64,000 nucleotides of DNA, taken from positions 1 through 64,000 of the forward strand of contig JANOAV010000035.1 of assembly GCA_031411295.1 (NCBI GenBank), written 5' to 3'. Below the pieces are notes generated by a model. The model had not been told where the DNA came from, searched no databases, and saw nothing but the letters and a program-made list of their open reading frames with translations. The translations under genes and the position numbers were made by a program. The number at the start of each line of letters is the position of its first letter. Positions within the stretch are counted from its first letter, which is position 1. The DNA is from Verrucomicrobiales bacterium. GTDB lineage: Bacteria > Verrucomicrobiota > Verrucomicrobiia > Verrucomicrobiales > V1-33. Below are positions 49,254 through 58,082 of the stretch, piece by piece.

Positions 49254-50798
49254 ATGGACTTTGAGCAAATTTTCCCCCACCGCTATTATCTAAATCTGGC
49301 CCGCCGTCAAGATCGCAGGGCGCAGACAGAAGTGCAATTCCGTGAAATCGACTTGGAGGTGCAACGATTTCCCGCAGTGGATGCAAGCTGGCTTCAGTCG
49401 ATGCGTGGTTACGAAACCAAACCACGCTACGCTCTTGCTTTAACAACCCGTATGCTACTCCGAAAAGCGATGCGCGAGAAAGCATCGGCACTGCTGATCT
49501 TTGAAGATGACGTGGTGCTGGCTCCGGATTTTGTTGAGCGCGTGTCCGAACTAGAGCTGCCTGATGATTGGGCGATGTTCTACCTTGGGACGCAGCATCA
49601 TTTGCGTCCTACGACTGTGGAGAAGGGACTCGTGAAGGTGGGTTATGCTCTGGACGCTCATGCTTATGCAATCCGAGGGCCGTATCTGGAACGTGTGTAT
49701 CGGCTGCTCAAGGGCGCAGGTAAGAAATCAGCTAACGGCCAATTCCCTGCGATTGACGTGAGCTTGGGGACGCTGCACGCGGAAATACCCACCTATGCGG
49801 CGTATCCGAATCTGGCCTGGCAGGGAGTAGAGGATTCCGACATTGCGAAGGGGCGCTACAGCAATTACGGGCCAACGGGTGACCAGTTGCCACATCCTGA
49901 AATTCTGGCTGGGCTCGGAGCTGAAGCTCTTGGCGGGAAAGCCTCGGTAGGGGCCGGACGCAGGGTTTCAAATTTTGTATTTCAGGTGCGGCGTTGGTTT
50001 CCTAATTGGCAGCCGCCGGTCCATACGTTACGAACTGCGGAAGCAGAGCCAACGGCTGCGGATGCTAGGCCCGGGCACGCGGTCATATTTCGGGAAATGT
50101 CAGTGTTGTCTCCCCAGGACGAATTCAAGACTGAATGGGAAAATTGGGCTGTGGCAGCCAATGAACGTGTGTCGGTTGTAGAGTTACTACTGACTGACGA
50201 TGTCTGGAACAACCTACGTCTGAGGCTCGATGCACTGCGGAAGGCTGCTAAGGAGTGGAATTTGTCAGGAGTGGCTTTTCTGCCAAAAGAGGCAAGACCG
50301 CTGCGGTCAGCGGGGGATTTCCTCAAACTTCTGGAACTCAGTGGCCCGAGCATCTTTGAATGGGAAATGATGTTTCCTGCAAATCACACAAAGGCAGCCG
50401 AAAATGTCAGTTCGGGCGCTGGTTCCTCTGATGTCGATTTTGGACTGATCAGGTATTCAACTCAGTTCATCCCATCGGCGTGGTCGCGAAACTCTGGAGC
50501 GGTGGTGCTGAGCGTAGCGCACGCCAAGGCGCTCATTGAAGAAGATTATAGCAAATACTGTAGTTGGATTAAAGACGATCCATGGTGCTACTATCCTTCA
50601 AGCGTGCTGCGGCTCAAGGGGTTCGATTTAGAGCAGACAGTCTTGGGGCGAAATCCCGTTTTTACTCCCGCAGAATCCAACGCAGCCTCTGCGGTGAATA
50701 CAACCGCCATGGCTTGGGCTTCGGGAAACTTTTTCGAGGCACGGCCCGAGATTACAAATGCCAATTTGCCAACATTAACTTCACTACTGAAATCATGA
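49254..50798 (+). CDS. GT25-family glycosyltransferase with an extra C-terminal domain
   Basis: YYLNLARRQDRR, RFPAVD, LIFEDDV, HAYAI. Confidence 0.85.
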   Translation: MDFEQIFPHRYYLNLARRQDRRAQTEVQFREIDLEVQRFPAVDASWLQSMRGYETKPRYALALTTRMLLRKAMREKASALLIFEDDVVLAPDFVERVSELELPDDWAMFYLGTQHHLRPTTVEKGLVKVGYALDAHAYAIRGPYLERVYRLLKGAGKKSANGQFPAIDVSLGTLHAEIPTYAAYPNLAWQGVEDSDIAKGRYSNYGPTGDQLPHPEILAGLGAEALGGKASVGAGRRVSNFVFQVRRWFPNWQPPVHTLRTAEAEPTAADARPGHAVIFREMSVLSPQDEFKTEWENWAVAANERVSVVELLLTDDVWNNLRLRLDALRKAAKEWNLSGVAFLPKEARPLRSAGDFLKLLELSGPSIFEWEMMFPANHTKAAENVSSGAGSSDVDFGLIRYSTQFIPSAWSRNSGAVVLSVAHAKALIEEDYSKYCSWIKDDPWCYYPSSVLRLKGFDLEQTVLGRNPVFTPAESNAASAVNTTAMAWASGNFFEARPEITNANLPTLTSLLKS

Positions 50799-51442
50799 AC
50801 AATAATTCTTTCCAAAAACTTCCTGCACTCATTGGCAACCAAAATGGAGGTGCATCGCCTGCAATGCTTGCGGTCATCGGAACAGGCGTGGCGGCTGTGC
50901 TCGCACTTGGTTATTGGCTGGGCAAAGCCCCGACTACAGCAAAGGTTGAAGATGCTCCCCCGGCAGTATTGAAAAAATCGCCAGCAGTGCAGAAAGCAGC
51001 ACCTCAGGCCGCCCCTTCTGCTCAGCCTGTCGCGTCCGAGGCTGCTCTCCCGAAAGCAGAACATGAGAAAGTCGTCTCTGCTGAGTTAGCCAAACCTGGA
51101 ATAACGGCTCAGGCCTTTCTTGACTCAAAACCTGTCCAAGCTTGGGCAAGGCAAAGCCCGGCGGATCTAATGGAATGGCTGGAGACCGCAGCTGTCCCAA
51201 AGACGGCTGGAGGAGCACCAGCAGGTCTGAAGGTTGCTATCTTCGAATGGACTAAACAAGACTTGAACGCTTGTGCGGAATGGATCAAGGCACGACCAAC
51301 TTCCGTAAATTACGACCATTCAGTAAGGTATCTCGTAGAATTCATGCTTCCAACAGACAGGGCTGCGGCCGAGAACTGGGCGGCCACAATTCGGGATCCG
51401 GGGCTAGCTCAAAAGGCGAAGGCGCTGCTGATGAAGCGATGA
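50795..51442 (+). CDS. Membrane-anchored helical-repeat hypothetical protein
   Basis: ATGA overlap with GT25 stop; TM, Pro/Ala linker, W...D..A..W repeats. Confidence 0.78.
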   Translation: MNNNSFQKLPALIGNQNGGASPAMLAVIGTGVAAVLALGYWLGKAPTTAKVEDAPPAVLKKSPAVQKAAPQAAPSAQPVASEAALPKAEHEKVVSAELAKPGITAQAFLDSKPVQAWARQSPADLMEWLETAAVPKTAGGAPAGLKVAIFEWTKQDLNACAEWIKARPTSVNYDHSVRYLVEFMLPTDRAAAENWAATIRDPGLAQKAKALLMKR

Positions 51443-51518
51443 CGAAGTGACCGCCGACGCTAAGCTAGTGCTTCGGTCAGCAGGCAAAGTGGGCCGAATG
51501 GCTCAACACCGTATCGAA

Positions 51519-51605
51519 GCCCTCATCTCCGCCGGCCTCATGGAAGACCCCCGTGAAATGGTCCAGCGCATGTATGAACTCATGGGCGCTGCGCTCGCGA
51601 AGTAG
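51519..51605 (+). repeat. Right copy of the htpG 3' end (attR-like fragment ALISAGLMEDPREMVQRMYELMGAALAK*)
   Basis: 82 of 87 positions identical to 43840-43926 by manual alignment. Confidence 0.95.
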
Positions 51606-51694
51606 GGCAGTCTGAAAGGATACACACAAGCTCCATAGGCCACGTCCGGCGTGTGGGCTTGTTCTTTACTGCCTGATCCTTTTTTTGAATAACT

Positions 51695-52141
51695 CTATCC
51701 TACACCGGACTTGCCCGTCAGCGGATTGTGCCATTTTAGGCCAGAAAACCGATGGAAATCCGTATCGTTGCTATGCACGGTAGCCCCTTCCTGCAAGGCC
51801 AGAGCCGCAATCTGCGCGTCGGCTGTTAGGTTCCCTCCTGTGCCTGCTTTTTGCAGCAGCGCCAGAACTTCTGAAATGTGGTGCGGGCAGGGTTCAATTA
51901 CCATGGTCTGCGGTCGGACTAACCAAGATTGGACGTGCAGCGCACTGTCTGCCACGGAGAGCGGATTCGTGAAAACCCTAGGGTGCGTGACCAAGCGGAT
52001 GAAACCAAAAATCACCACCGGAGCCAGCCCCACGATCTCTGTTCCGTTTAAGCATCGTTGCCACCAAGAGGCCGCTGCCTTATGCTGTGTTGCGCTGGCA
52101 TCGTAAGCATACACCAACAGATTGACGTCCGGGAGAATCAT
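51695..52141 (-). CDS. vapC: VapC-family PIN-domain toxin
   Basis: ILPDVNLLVYA, DAQIAALA, SNDTDF. Confidence 0.92.
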   Translation of the reverse strand: MILPDVNLLVYAYDASATQHKAAASWWQRCLNGTEIVGLAPVVIFGFIRLVTHPRVFTNPLSVADSALHVQSWLVRPQTMVIEPCPHHISEVLALLQKAGTGGNLTADAQIAALALQEGATVHSNDTDFHRFSGLKWHNPLTGKSGVG

Positions 52142-52434
52142 AATACCTGCTTTGCGTTCCTCGTTTTGGTGAGCGGCGCGGTTGTTTTCTCCAGAAACTG
52201 ATCTGCCTCCAGATCATCCAGCAAGGAGTTCAACCGGGAAGCATCCACGCCTGTCCGCAGGTGCATTGGCCGAGCCTTAACCTCAAATGGGGGCAGTGTA
52301 TCAACTCCCGCGCGTTGACCATAAGCCGCCCGCACCGCTGCGTTCAGAGTGGCCTTAAAAGATTTTCGCGTTTGGCGCGCATGATGGTCCAGCAGGCGTG
52401 CTACATCCGGGTCTAGGGTAACAGTCGTTCTCAT
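52138..52434 (-). CDS. vapB: VapB-like ribbon-helix-helix antitoxin
   Basis: MRTTVTLDPDV RHH start; 4-nt overlap with vapC. Confidence 0.88.
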   Translation of the reverse strand: MRTTVTLDPDVARLLDHHARQTRKSFKATLNAAVRAAYGQRAGVDTLPPFEVKARPMHLRTGVDASRLNSLLDDLEADQFLEKTTAPLTKTRNAKQVL

Positions 52435-52469
52435 GATGACAGCATGATGCTATAATTTGATGCTGTCAA
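52435..52469 (-). promoter_or_regulatory. vapBC promoter with overlapping inverted-repeat operator (probably leaderless)
   Basis: Minus strand TTGACA-17 nt-CATGCT-6 nt-ATG; inverted repeat tgacagcat (52437-45) / atgctgtca (52460-68). Confidence 0.7.
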
Positions 52470-53201
52470 GATGCCGGTGCTTCCAAAAAAGGCGAATTCT
52501 GAGCCTTGTTTTGCATCTGACCACCTGCCGTGCCATTCCCTTATTCGGAATAAGCCCGAGAATGCCTGCTGCTTCGTCGCCAGAGCCAGCTGTTCCACCG
52601 GGCTCATGGACATGATACAGATCCCATCTTCCCACGCTGCAAAGACTTTTTGGGCCTTCTTACGCTAGCAAATCTTGTAGGACTTGGACTCGGAGTGGGA
52701 TGCGCGGTTCTGGTAGGACCAAAACAAACGAAGTAATCTCCGGGACTTGCATCGTGGAAAAGCTAGGTAACGGAAACTAGCGCTTGCCCGATGAATGAGT
52801 TTCCCTCCACCCTGCATTTCCTCCAAACCCAACTGGAACCTTCTGGTGATGGGACGCCGCAGGTTTTTGTGCGGCCGTTGCGCTATCCGGAACTGAGTTC
52901 TCTTGGGAAAACCCCGAATGTCTCGCGCCGACGCCAGATGAATTTGGCGGCGGAAATGTTGGCGAAGGAACTTCATACTGGCTTTCAGGCTTCTACGATG
53001 CCCCCCATTTGGAACGCTCCTTGGAATAAGCTGCCAACGGAGACTTCTGCTCCAAGCGTTTCAACCGCCGTAAACAAGAGAGTATCCGAAGCACGCGAAT
53101 CACTTCGAACGAGCAGTCCACGAGTCGCCAGTAGAATGGAATGCCGCTCAAAGGGCATTGTCAGATTGCAACTGGGATGCCGCGCACGAGTGGTTCATGC
53201 C

Positions 53202-54650
53202 TTACACCAGGATCCCCTGCTGCACCGTGCCGTGGACATCCGTGAGGCGGAATTGGCGGCCTTGATAGCGGTAGGTGAGCGCTTCATGATTGATCCCGCA
53301 GAGGTGCATGATGGTGGCTTGCATGTCGTGGACGTGGACGGGATCTTTCACGATGTTCCAGGCGAAATCGTCGGTTTCGCCAAAGGTGTGGCCACCTTTC
53401 ACGCCGCCACCGGCCAGCCACCAACTGTAGGCGCGGCCGAAATGATCGCGTCCAGCGGGCTTGGCGGAATCGCCTTGGCCAAAGGGCGTGCGACCGAATT
53501 CTCCGCCCCAGAAAACGAGCGTATCATCCAGCAGTCCGCGTTCTTTCAAATCCATGACTAACGCTGCGGAAGGGGCATCGGTGTCTTTGCACTGTTCTTC
53601 CAACTGGGTGAATAAATTTCCATGCTGATCCCAACCGGCATGCATGCACTGGACGAAGCGGGTGCCGCGTTCCAATAATCGACGTGCGATGAGGCAGTTG
53701 TTGGCAAAGGTGCCTTTGGTTAGAACATCCGGACCGTAGCGTTCCAGCACGTGCTTCGGTTCCTTGGAGAAATCCAGCAAATCCGGGACGCTGGCCTGCA
53801 TGCGATAGGCCATTTCGTATTGGGCAATGCGCGTGTCGATTTCCGGGTCGCCATAGTCCTGTAAATGCGCCTGATTCATGGCCTGGAGGTCGTCCAGCAA
53901 GACACGACGCTGGTCCCGACTCATGCCGGGCGGGTTGTGCAGGTAAGGCACGGGATCCCCGACGTTGCGGAAGCGCACGCCTTGGAATCGACTGGGGAGG
54001 AAGCCACTACCCCAGTAGTAGTCGTAAAATAACTGACCGCACGTTTTGCCTTTATCCGATGAGGTCATCGCCACGAAGGCCGGCAGTTCACTTGACTCGC
54101 AGCCTAAGCCATAGTTTAACCAAGCGCCCATGCTGGGGCGACCCGGCACTTGGGAACCGGTCATGAAAAATGTCACTCCGGGCGCGTGATTTACGGCCTC
54201 GGTGTTCATGGATTTCACCACGCAAATATCATCAGCAATGGAACCGATGTGCGGCAGCATGGAGCTAAGCTCCAGCCCGCTGGCCCCATAGCGATTGAAT
54301 GGTTTGATGGCGGGGGTGATCGGCCATTTTTTATAGCCGGAGGACATGGTGGAAAGCCGGGTGGTGCCGCGCACGCTTTCCGGAATATCCTGCCCAGCCA
54401 TTTTCTCTAACATGGGCTTCCGATCGAATAAATCCACATGCGAAGGCCCGCCGCCTTGCCAGAGGCAAACGACGCGTTTCGCCTTGGGGGCAAAATGCGA
54501 TAGACTGGTGGCGCCCGCAGCGGTGGCCGCGGCAGCATTCCCCTTCCCCATCAGCGAGGCCAGCGCCATGGCCCCAATGCCATTGCTGGCATGACCGAAG
54601 AGTTGGCGACGGGTGACACGTTGGTGATTGAGGAGGAGGTCAGAGTTCAT
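53202..54650 (-). CDS. DUF1501-family protein with Tat signal
   Basis: TRRQLF, AKRVVCL..GGPSHVDLFD, GWDQH, GEFGRTP, GRDH. Confidence 0.93.
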   Translation of the reverse strand: MNSDLLLNHQRVTRRQLFGHASNGIGAMALASLMGKGNAAAATAAGATSLSHFAPKAKRVVCLWQGGGPSHVDLFDRKPMLEKMAGQDIPESVRGTTRLSTMSSGYKKWPITPAIKPFNRYGASGLELSSMLPHIGSIADDICVVKSMNTEAVNHAPGVTFFMTGSQVPGRPSMGAWLNYGLGCESSELPAFVAMTSSDKGKTCGQLFYDYYWGSGFLPSRFQGVRFRNVGDPVPYLHNPPGMSRDQRRVLLDDLQAMNQAHLQDYGDPEIDTRIAQYEMAYRMQASVPDLLDFSKEPKHVLERYGPDVLTKGTFANNCLIARRLLERGTRFVQCMHAGWDQHGNLFTQLEEQCKDTDAPSAALVMDLKERGLLDDTLVFWGGEFGRTPFGQGDSAKPAGRDHFGRAYSWWLAGGGVKGGHTFGETDDFAWNIVKDPVHVHDMQATIMHLCGINHEALTYRYQGRQFRLTDVHGTVQQGILV

Positions 54651-54775
54651 AGGAGTTCCGCAAGACGGCAGGCTCTCGCTGCCTTCTATCAACCGCGCAA
54701 GCCATCCCCTTTTCAAACCAAACTTCTTCCGCATTCACCTGCCACCGTGGATTTTCATTTTAGCTTAATTTAAAA

Positions 54776-54804
54776 TTGACATCCTGACCCGAATTTTCAA
54801 GAAT
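54776..54804 (+). promoter_or_regulatory. Candidate sigma70 promoter for the 54875 gene
   Basis: TTGACA-17 nt-AAGAAT in an AT-rich intergenic region. Confidence 0.45.
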
Positions 54805-54874
54805 CCGTTTTTAGGCCGCTTTTTGAATTGCTAGTCCGATGGCGGCGGACCAAATCTAACCCTCAACGAACCTC

Positions 54875-57800
54875 ATGAGAATCAGCACAGTTACGAAGGT
54901 ATATCACCGCTGGAAAAAGTCTGTCCTCACATGGGCGGTTGGGGTGGCCCTCAGCTTCAGTGGAGGAACGGAAACCGGTCAGGCGGCCTTAATCACGCCC
55001 ACGGCAGTGACAGCACAAAGTTTTTACGCCCCCGATGGTCGCTCGCCCGTGCGCGCCATCGACGGCAGCGGCATGACCCCCAGCGCTCCGGTCGTGGAGA
55101 CTTCCACCTGCGGCAACGGCCCCGGCAACAATATGTGGCTGAGCAATGCAACCCCCTCCACATGGATCACGTTTGACTTGGGCAGCAGCAAGACCGTCAG
55201 CGGCTTTCACCTTTGGAACTACAATGAAAATTCGGGTAACCCGGCCACTTTTACCAGACGTGGCGTGAAAACGGCGGGCATTTACGCAGGAACGAGCCTG
55301 CTGGCCAGTGGGGCTGCCTACTCCGCTGGCGGGCTTGCTTGGGGCACGCTGGTGCAGAATATGACCTTCACCCAAGCGACCGGGCTGACCACATACGCTG
55401 GTGAAGACTACACCTTCACGGCCCCGGTGACCACCCGTTATCTCCAAATCTATGTAACTGCAAACTTTGGCGCTCCAGGTGATGCCTACACGGGGATTTC
55501 CGAAATCAGATTTATCGAGGCTCCCGCCACGGCGGCCACCTTCCTGGCCTTTGGGACCAACGTCGCTGGCAGCACTGCGAACATTAGCCCAGTCGTCGCC
55601 AACGCCGGGACGATCGCTTGGACCGTGCCCTATGGAACCGCGCTGGCTCCGCTCGCTCCGACCTTCACGATATTTTCTGCTGCGGCCACCTGTAATCGCA
55701 CCAGCGGAGCGGTTCCTAGTCCAAACTTTGGGGCCGGCCCGGTGACTTACACCGTGACCGACGGGGCGACCGTGAACACCTACACCGTGACTGCCACGGC
55801 AGCTCCTGCGAGCACGGCTCGGGACATCACGGCCTTCAATGCCAACTCCGCTGGAACCAATGCCATCATCACCAGCACGGGGGCCAACACCGGCACCATT
55901 GAAGTGGTGGTCCCATTCGGCACACCGACGGTCCTCGTGGGTGCCATTGCGCCTACCTTCACCCTTTCCGCCGGGGCCACTTGCAGCCAGTTGAACAACG
56001 CGCGCCCGACCCCGAATCTAAGCATTGGCGGAACGGTGCACTACATCGTAACGGCCCAGGACGGAGTTTCCACCAAGGACTACAGCGTGACCGTGCGGCA
56101 GAGTGCGTGGCGCTACAGTCCGTGGACGAATGATGCGGACTCTGGCATCACCGGCGCGCAGGCTGACTACACCGTAGCGGTGAACACTGGCACGGCCGGA
56201 GATGCTGCAGTCACTGTGAATGGGATTAACTTCGAGACCAATGCAGTCTCTGGCACCAACTACGTCATAGGTGGTGCGATTGCCTCCACAGGCCGCGGCA
56301 CCAATGTCACTGGTGCCAGCGCCACACTGGCTAACAATTTCATCTTCAATGCCTCGCCCCGCACCGTGACGCTCACGAATCTCACGCCAGGTGAGACCTA
56401 TGAGACCAGCGTTTTCGCTTACGGATGGGATGCCTCAGGCCGCGTCCAGACGTTCTCGTCCGGTGGAGACAATTACATCGCAGACCAGGATGCCTTCGGT
56501 TTTAACAACGGGATCCGGATTACCTACACCTTCGTCGCCACCGCCACCTCGCAGGTCTTGACCATCACTGCGATGCCGGGCGGTCAGGGCACCTTTCACA
56601 TGTCTGCGTTGGCCAACCGCCGGGTTATCGTGTCAGGTGACACGGACAACGATGGCCTGGCTGACACATGGGAAATGGAGAAGGCGGGAAATCTAACCGA
56701 CCTCACGGCAACGGGAGATTTCGACAATGACGGCCTCTCCGATGCCGATGAATACGTGCTCCGCAGCCTTTACCCCACCCTCAATCCTAAGCTGGCGGAC
56801 ACCGATGGCGATGGGCTCAGCGACCGTGCGGAACTCCTTCCCACCGCCCCGCGCGCGGCCACGAATCCCACCGCCCCTGATAGCGATGGCGACGGACTGA
56901 ATGACTTCGTGGAAAACAATTCCGGAACTTTTGACAGCCCGGGGAATCCCGGCACGAACCCGAACTCCAACGACAGCGATGGTGATCAATATCCTGACGT
57001 TTATGAAATCGCCCAGGGTGGCAATCCGGTGAACAACACCTCGTATCCCTCCATTCTGCCAGCGGGAATCGCGCTGGGGGTGGTGACGGATGAAGCCAGC
57101 ACGGGTCTCAAGCTCAGTGATTTGGCAACTTACACCCACAAAATTTCCGGCGGTGGGGCGGCCACGGTCAACGAAGTCGTGCTGGATATCCTGGACACCA
57201 CGACCACCCCGCCGAACTTCACCTGGAATCCCAATGCGGGCGGCAAGAATCACATCCCGCCGATCAACAACGGCGGATGGGTTCCCGCCACTGGCAATGT
57301 GACGGGACCGGGGAATTTAAACATGTTCGGCGGCTTCACCTATTCAGGCGGCGGTGGTGCTCCTAGCAGCAGTCAGCAGTATATCCTCTCCGCTCTCGAA
57401 GTGGGGCGGACTTATGAGATGCGCGTGTTTATCCGGAAATGGGACGATGGCACCGTGCGCCCCCATGTCCTGAAATTTACCAATGGGGCCCAGGTAACGA
57501 ACTTCCAGGTGCTGGAAGACCGCCCCGGCATTGTGATGGGCAATGGCAACAATGAATCCGCCTACTACATCAGCTACACCTATGTGGCCCAGACCACGAC
57601 CCTAAGCATGGAAGCGACGGTCTCTAACGTTTCCTCCGGGAACGGGAGTTTCCACCTCTATGGTCTGACGAACCGCGTCACCAGTCCGCCGCCAGCACTG
57701 GTATTCAACAGTGTGGTGCGGGCCGCCAACGTTCTCCCTGCCACCGGCTTCCGGACCACGCTCGATATTAGGACGCGCCCTGGGCGGACCTACGCAGTCT

Positions 57801-57937
57801 ATTTCTCCACGGACTTGGTGACATGGAACGAACTCACCGACTCACTGCCAGCGACGGGCACGTCCACGATCTATGTGGATGAGGCGGTCTCAGACCTTCA
57901 ACGCGTATTCTATCGGGTGGATGATGTCACACCCTGA
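54875..57937 (+). CDS. Large secreted multidomain surface protein (discoidin-like, Ig-like repeats, DxDxDG calcium-binding repeats)
   Basis: Signal peptide; WITFDLG..WNYNE; two PYGT/PFGT...LAPTFT repeats; repeated DTDNDG/DSDGDG. Confidence 0.85.
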   Translation: MRISTVTKVYHRWKKSVLTWAVGVALSFSGGTETGQAALITPTAVTAQSFYAPDGRSPVRAIDGSGMTPSAPVVETSTCGNGPGNNMWLSNATPSTWITFDLGSSKTVSGFHLWNYNENSGNPATFTRRGVKTAGIYAGTSLLASGAAYSAGGLAWGTLVQNMTFTQATGLTTYAGEDYTFTAPVTTRYLQIYVTANFGAPGDAYTGISEIRFIEAPATAATFLAFGTNVAGSTANISPVVANAGTIAWTVPYGTALAPLAPTFTIFSAAATCNRTSGAVPSPNFGAGPVTYTVTDGATVNTYTVTATAAPASTARDITAFNANSAGTNAIITSTGANTGTIEVVVPFGTPTVLVGAIAPTFTLSAGATCSQLNNARPTPNLSIGGTVHYIVTAQDGVSTKDYSVTVRQSAWRYSPWTNDADSGITGAQADYTVAVNTGTAGDAAVTVNGINFETNAVSGTNYVIGGAIASTGRGTNVTGASATLANNFIFNASPRTVTLTNLTPGETYETSVFAYGWDASGRVQTFSSGGDNYIADQDAFGFNNGIRITYTFVATATSQVLTITAMPGGQGTFHMSALANRRVIVSGDTDNDGLADTWEMEKAGNLTDLTATGDFDNDGLSDADEYVLRSLYPTLNPKLADTDGDGLSDRAELLPTAPRAATNPTAPDSDGDGLNDFVENNSGTFDSPGNPGTNPNSNDSDGDQYPDVYEIAQGGNPVNNTSYPSILPAGIALGVVTDEASTGLKLSDLATYTHKISGGGAATVNEVVLDILDTTTTPPNFTWNPNAGGKNHIPPINNGGWVPATGNVTGPGNLNMFGGFTYSGGGGAPSSSQQYILSALEVGRTYEMRVFIRKWDDGTVRPHVLKFTNGAQVTNFQVLEDRPGIVMGNGNNESAYYISYTYVAQTTTLSMEATVSNVSSGNGSFHLYGLTNRVTSPPPALVFNSVVRAANVLPATGFRTTLDIRTRPGRTYAVYFSTDLVTWNELTDSLPATGTSTIYVDEAVSDLQRVFYRVDDVTP

Positions 57938-58082
57938 AAACTTGTTTTGCGCCTAACATCAGAAGAAGTAACACGGGATGGCCCTGGGGTCTGAGCGTGT
58001 TGCTCCGCTTAAAAGCGCTTAAAACCGGGACTCCAACGTATGCTCCTGCCCCCTCTTTCTCCTCTATTTCCCCTCTCCTCTC

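Larger units (their letters stand above)
43927..51605. mobile_element. Genomic island at the htpG 3' end; no integrase within it
   Basis: Flanked by duplicated htpG 3' end; visibly AT-richer than the flanks, especially 44.3-48.4 kb; accessory cargo. Confidence 0.8.

Noticed and set aside
43927..51605. Prophage or ICE
   Set aside because: No integrase, phage structural, replication or conjugation genes
52500..53200. Unassigned ~700 bp including ORFs 52665-52976 and 52791-53561
   Set aside because: No recognisable motifs, and the longer ORF is half antisense to DUF1501. It may be a decayed gene, but this cannot be supported without a search.
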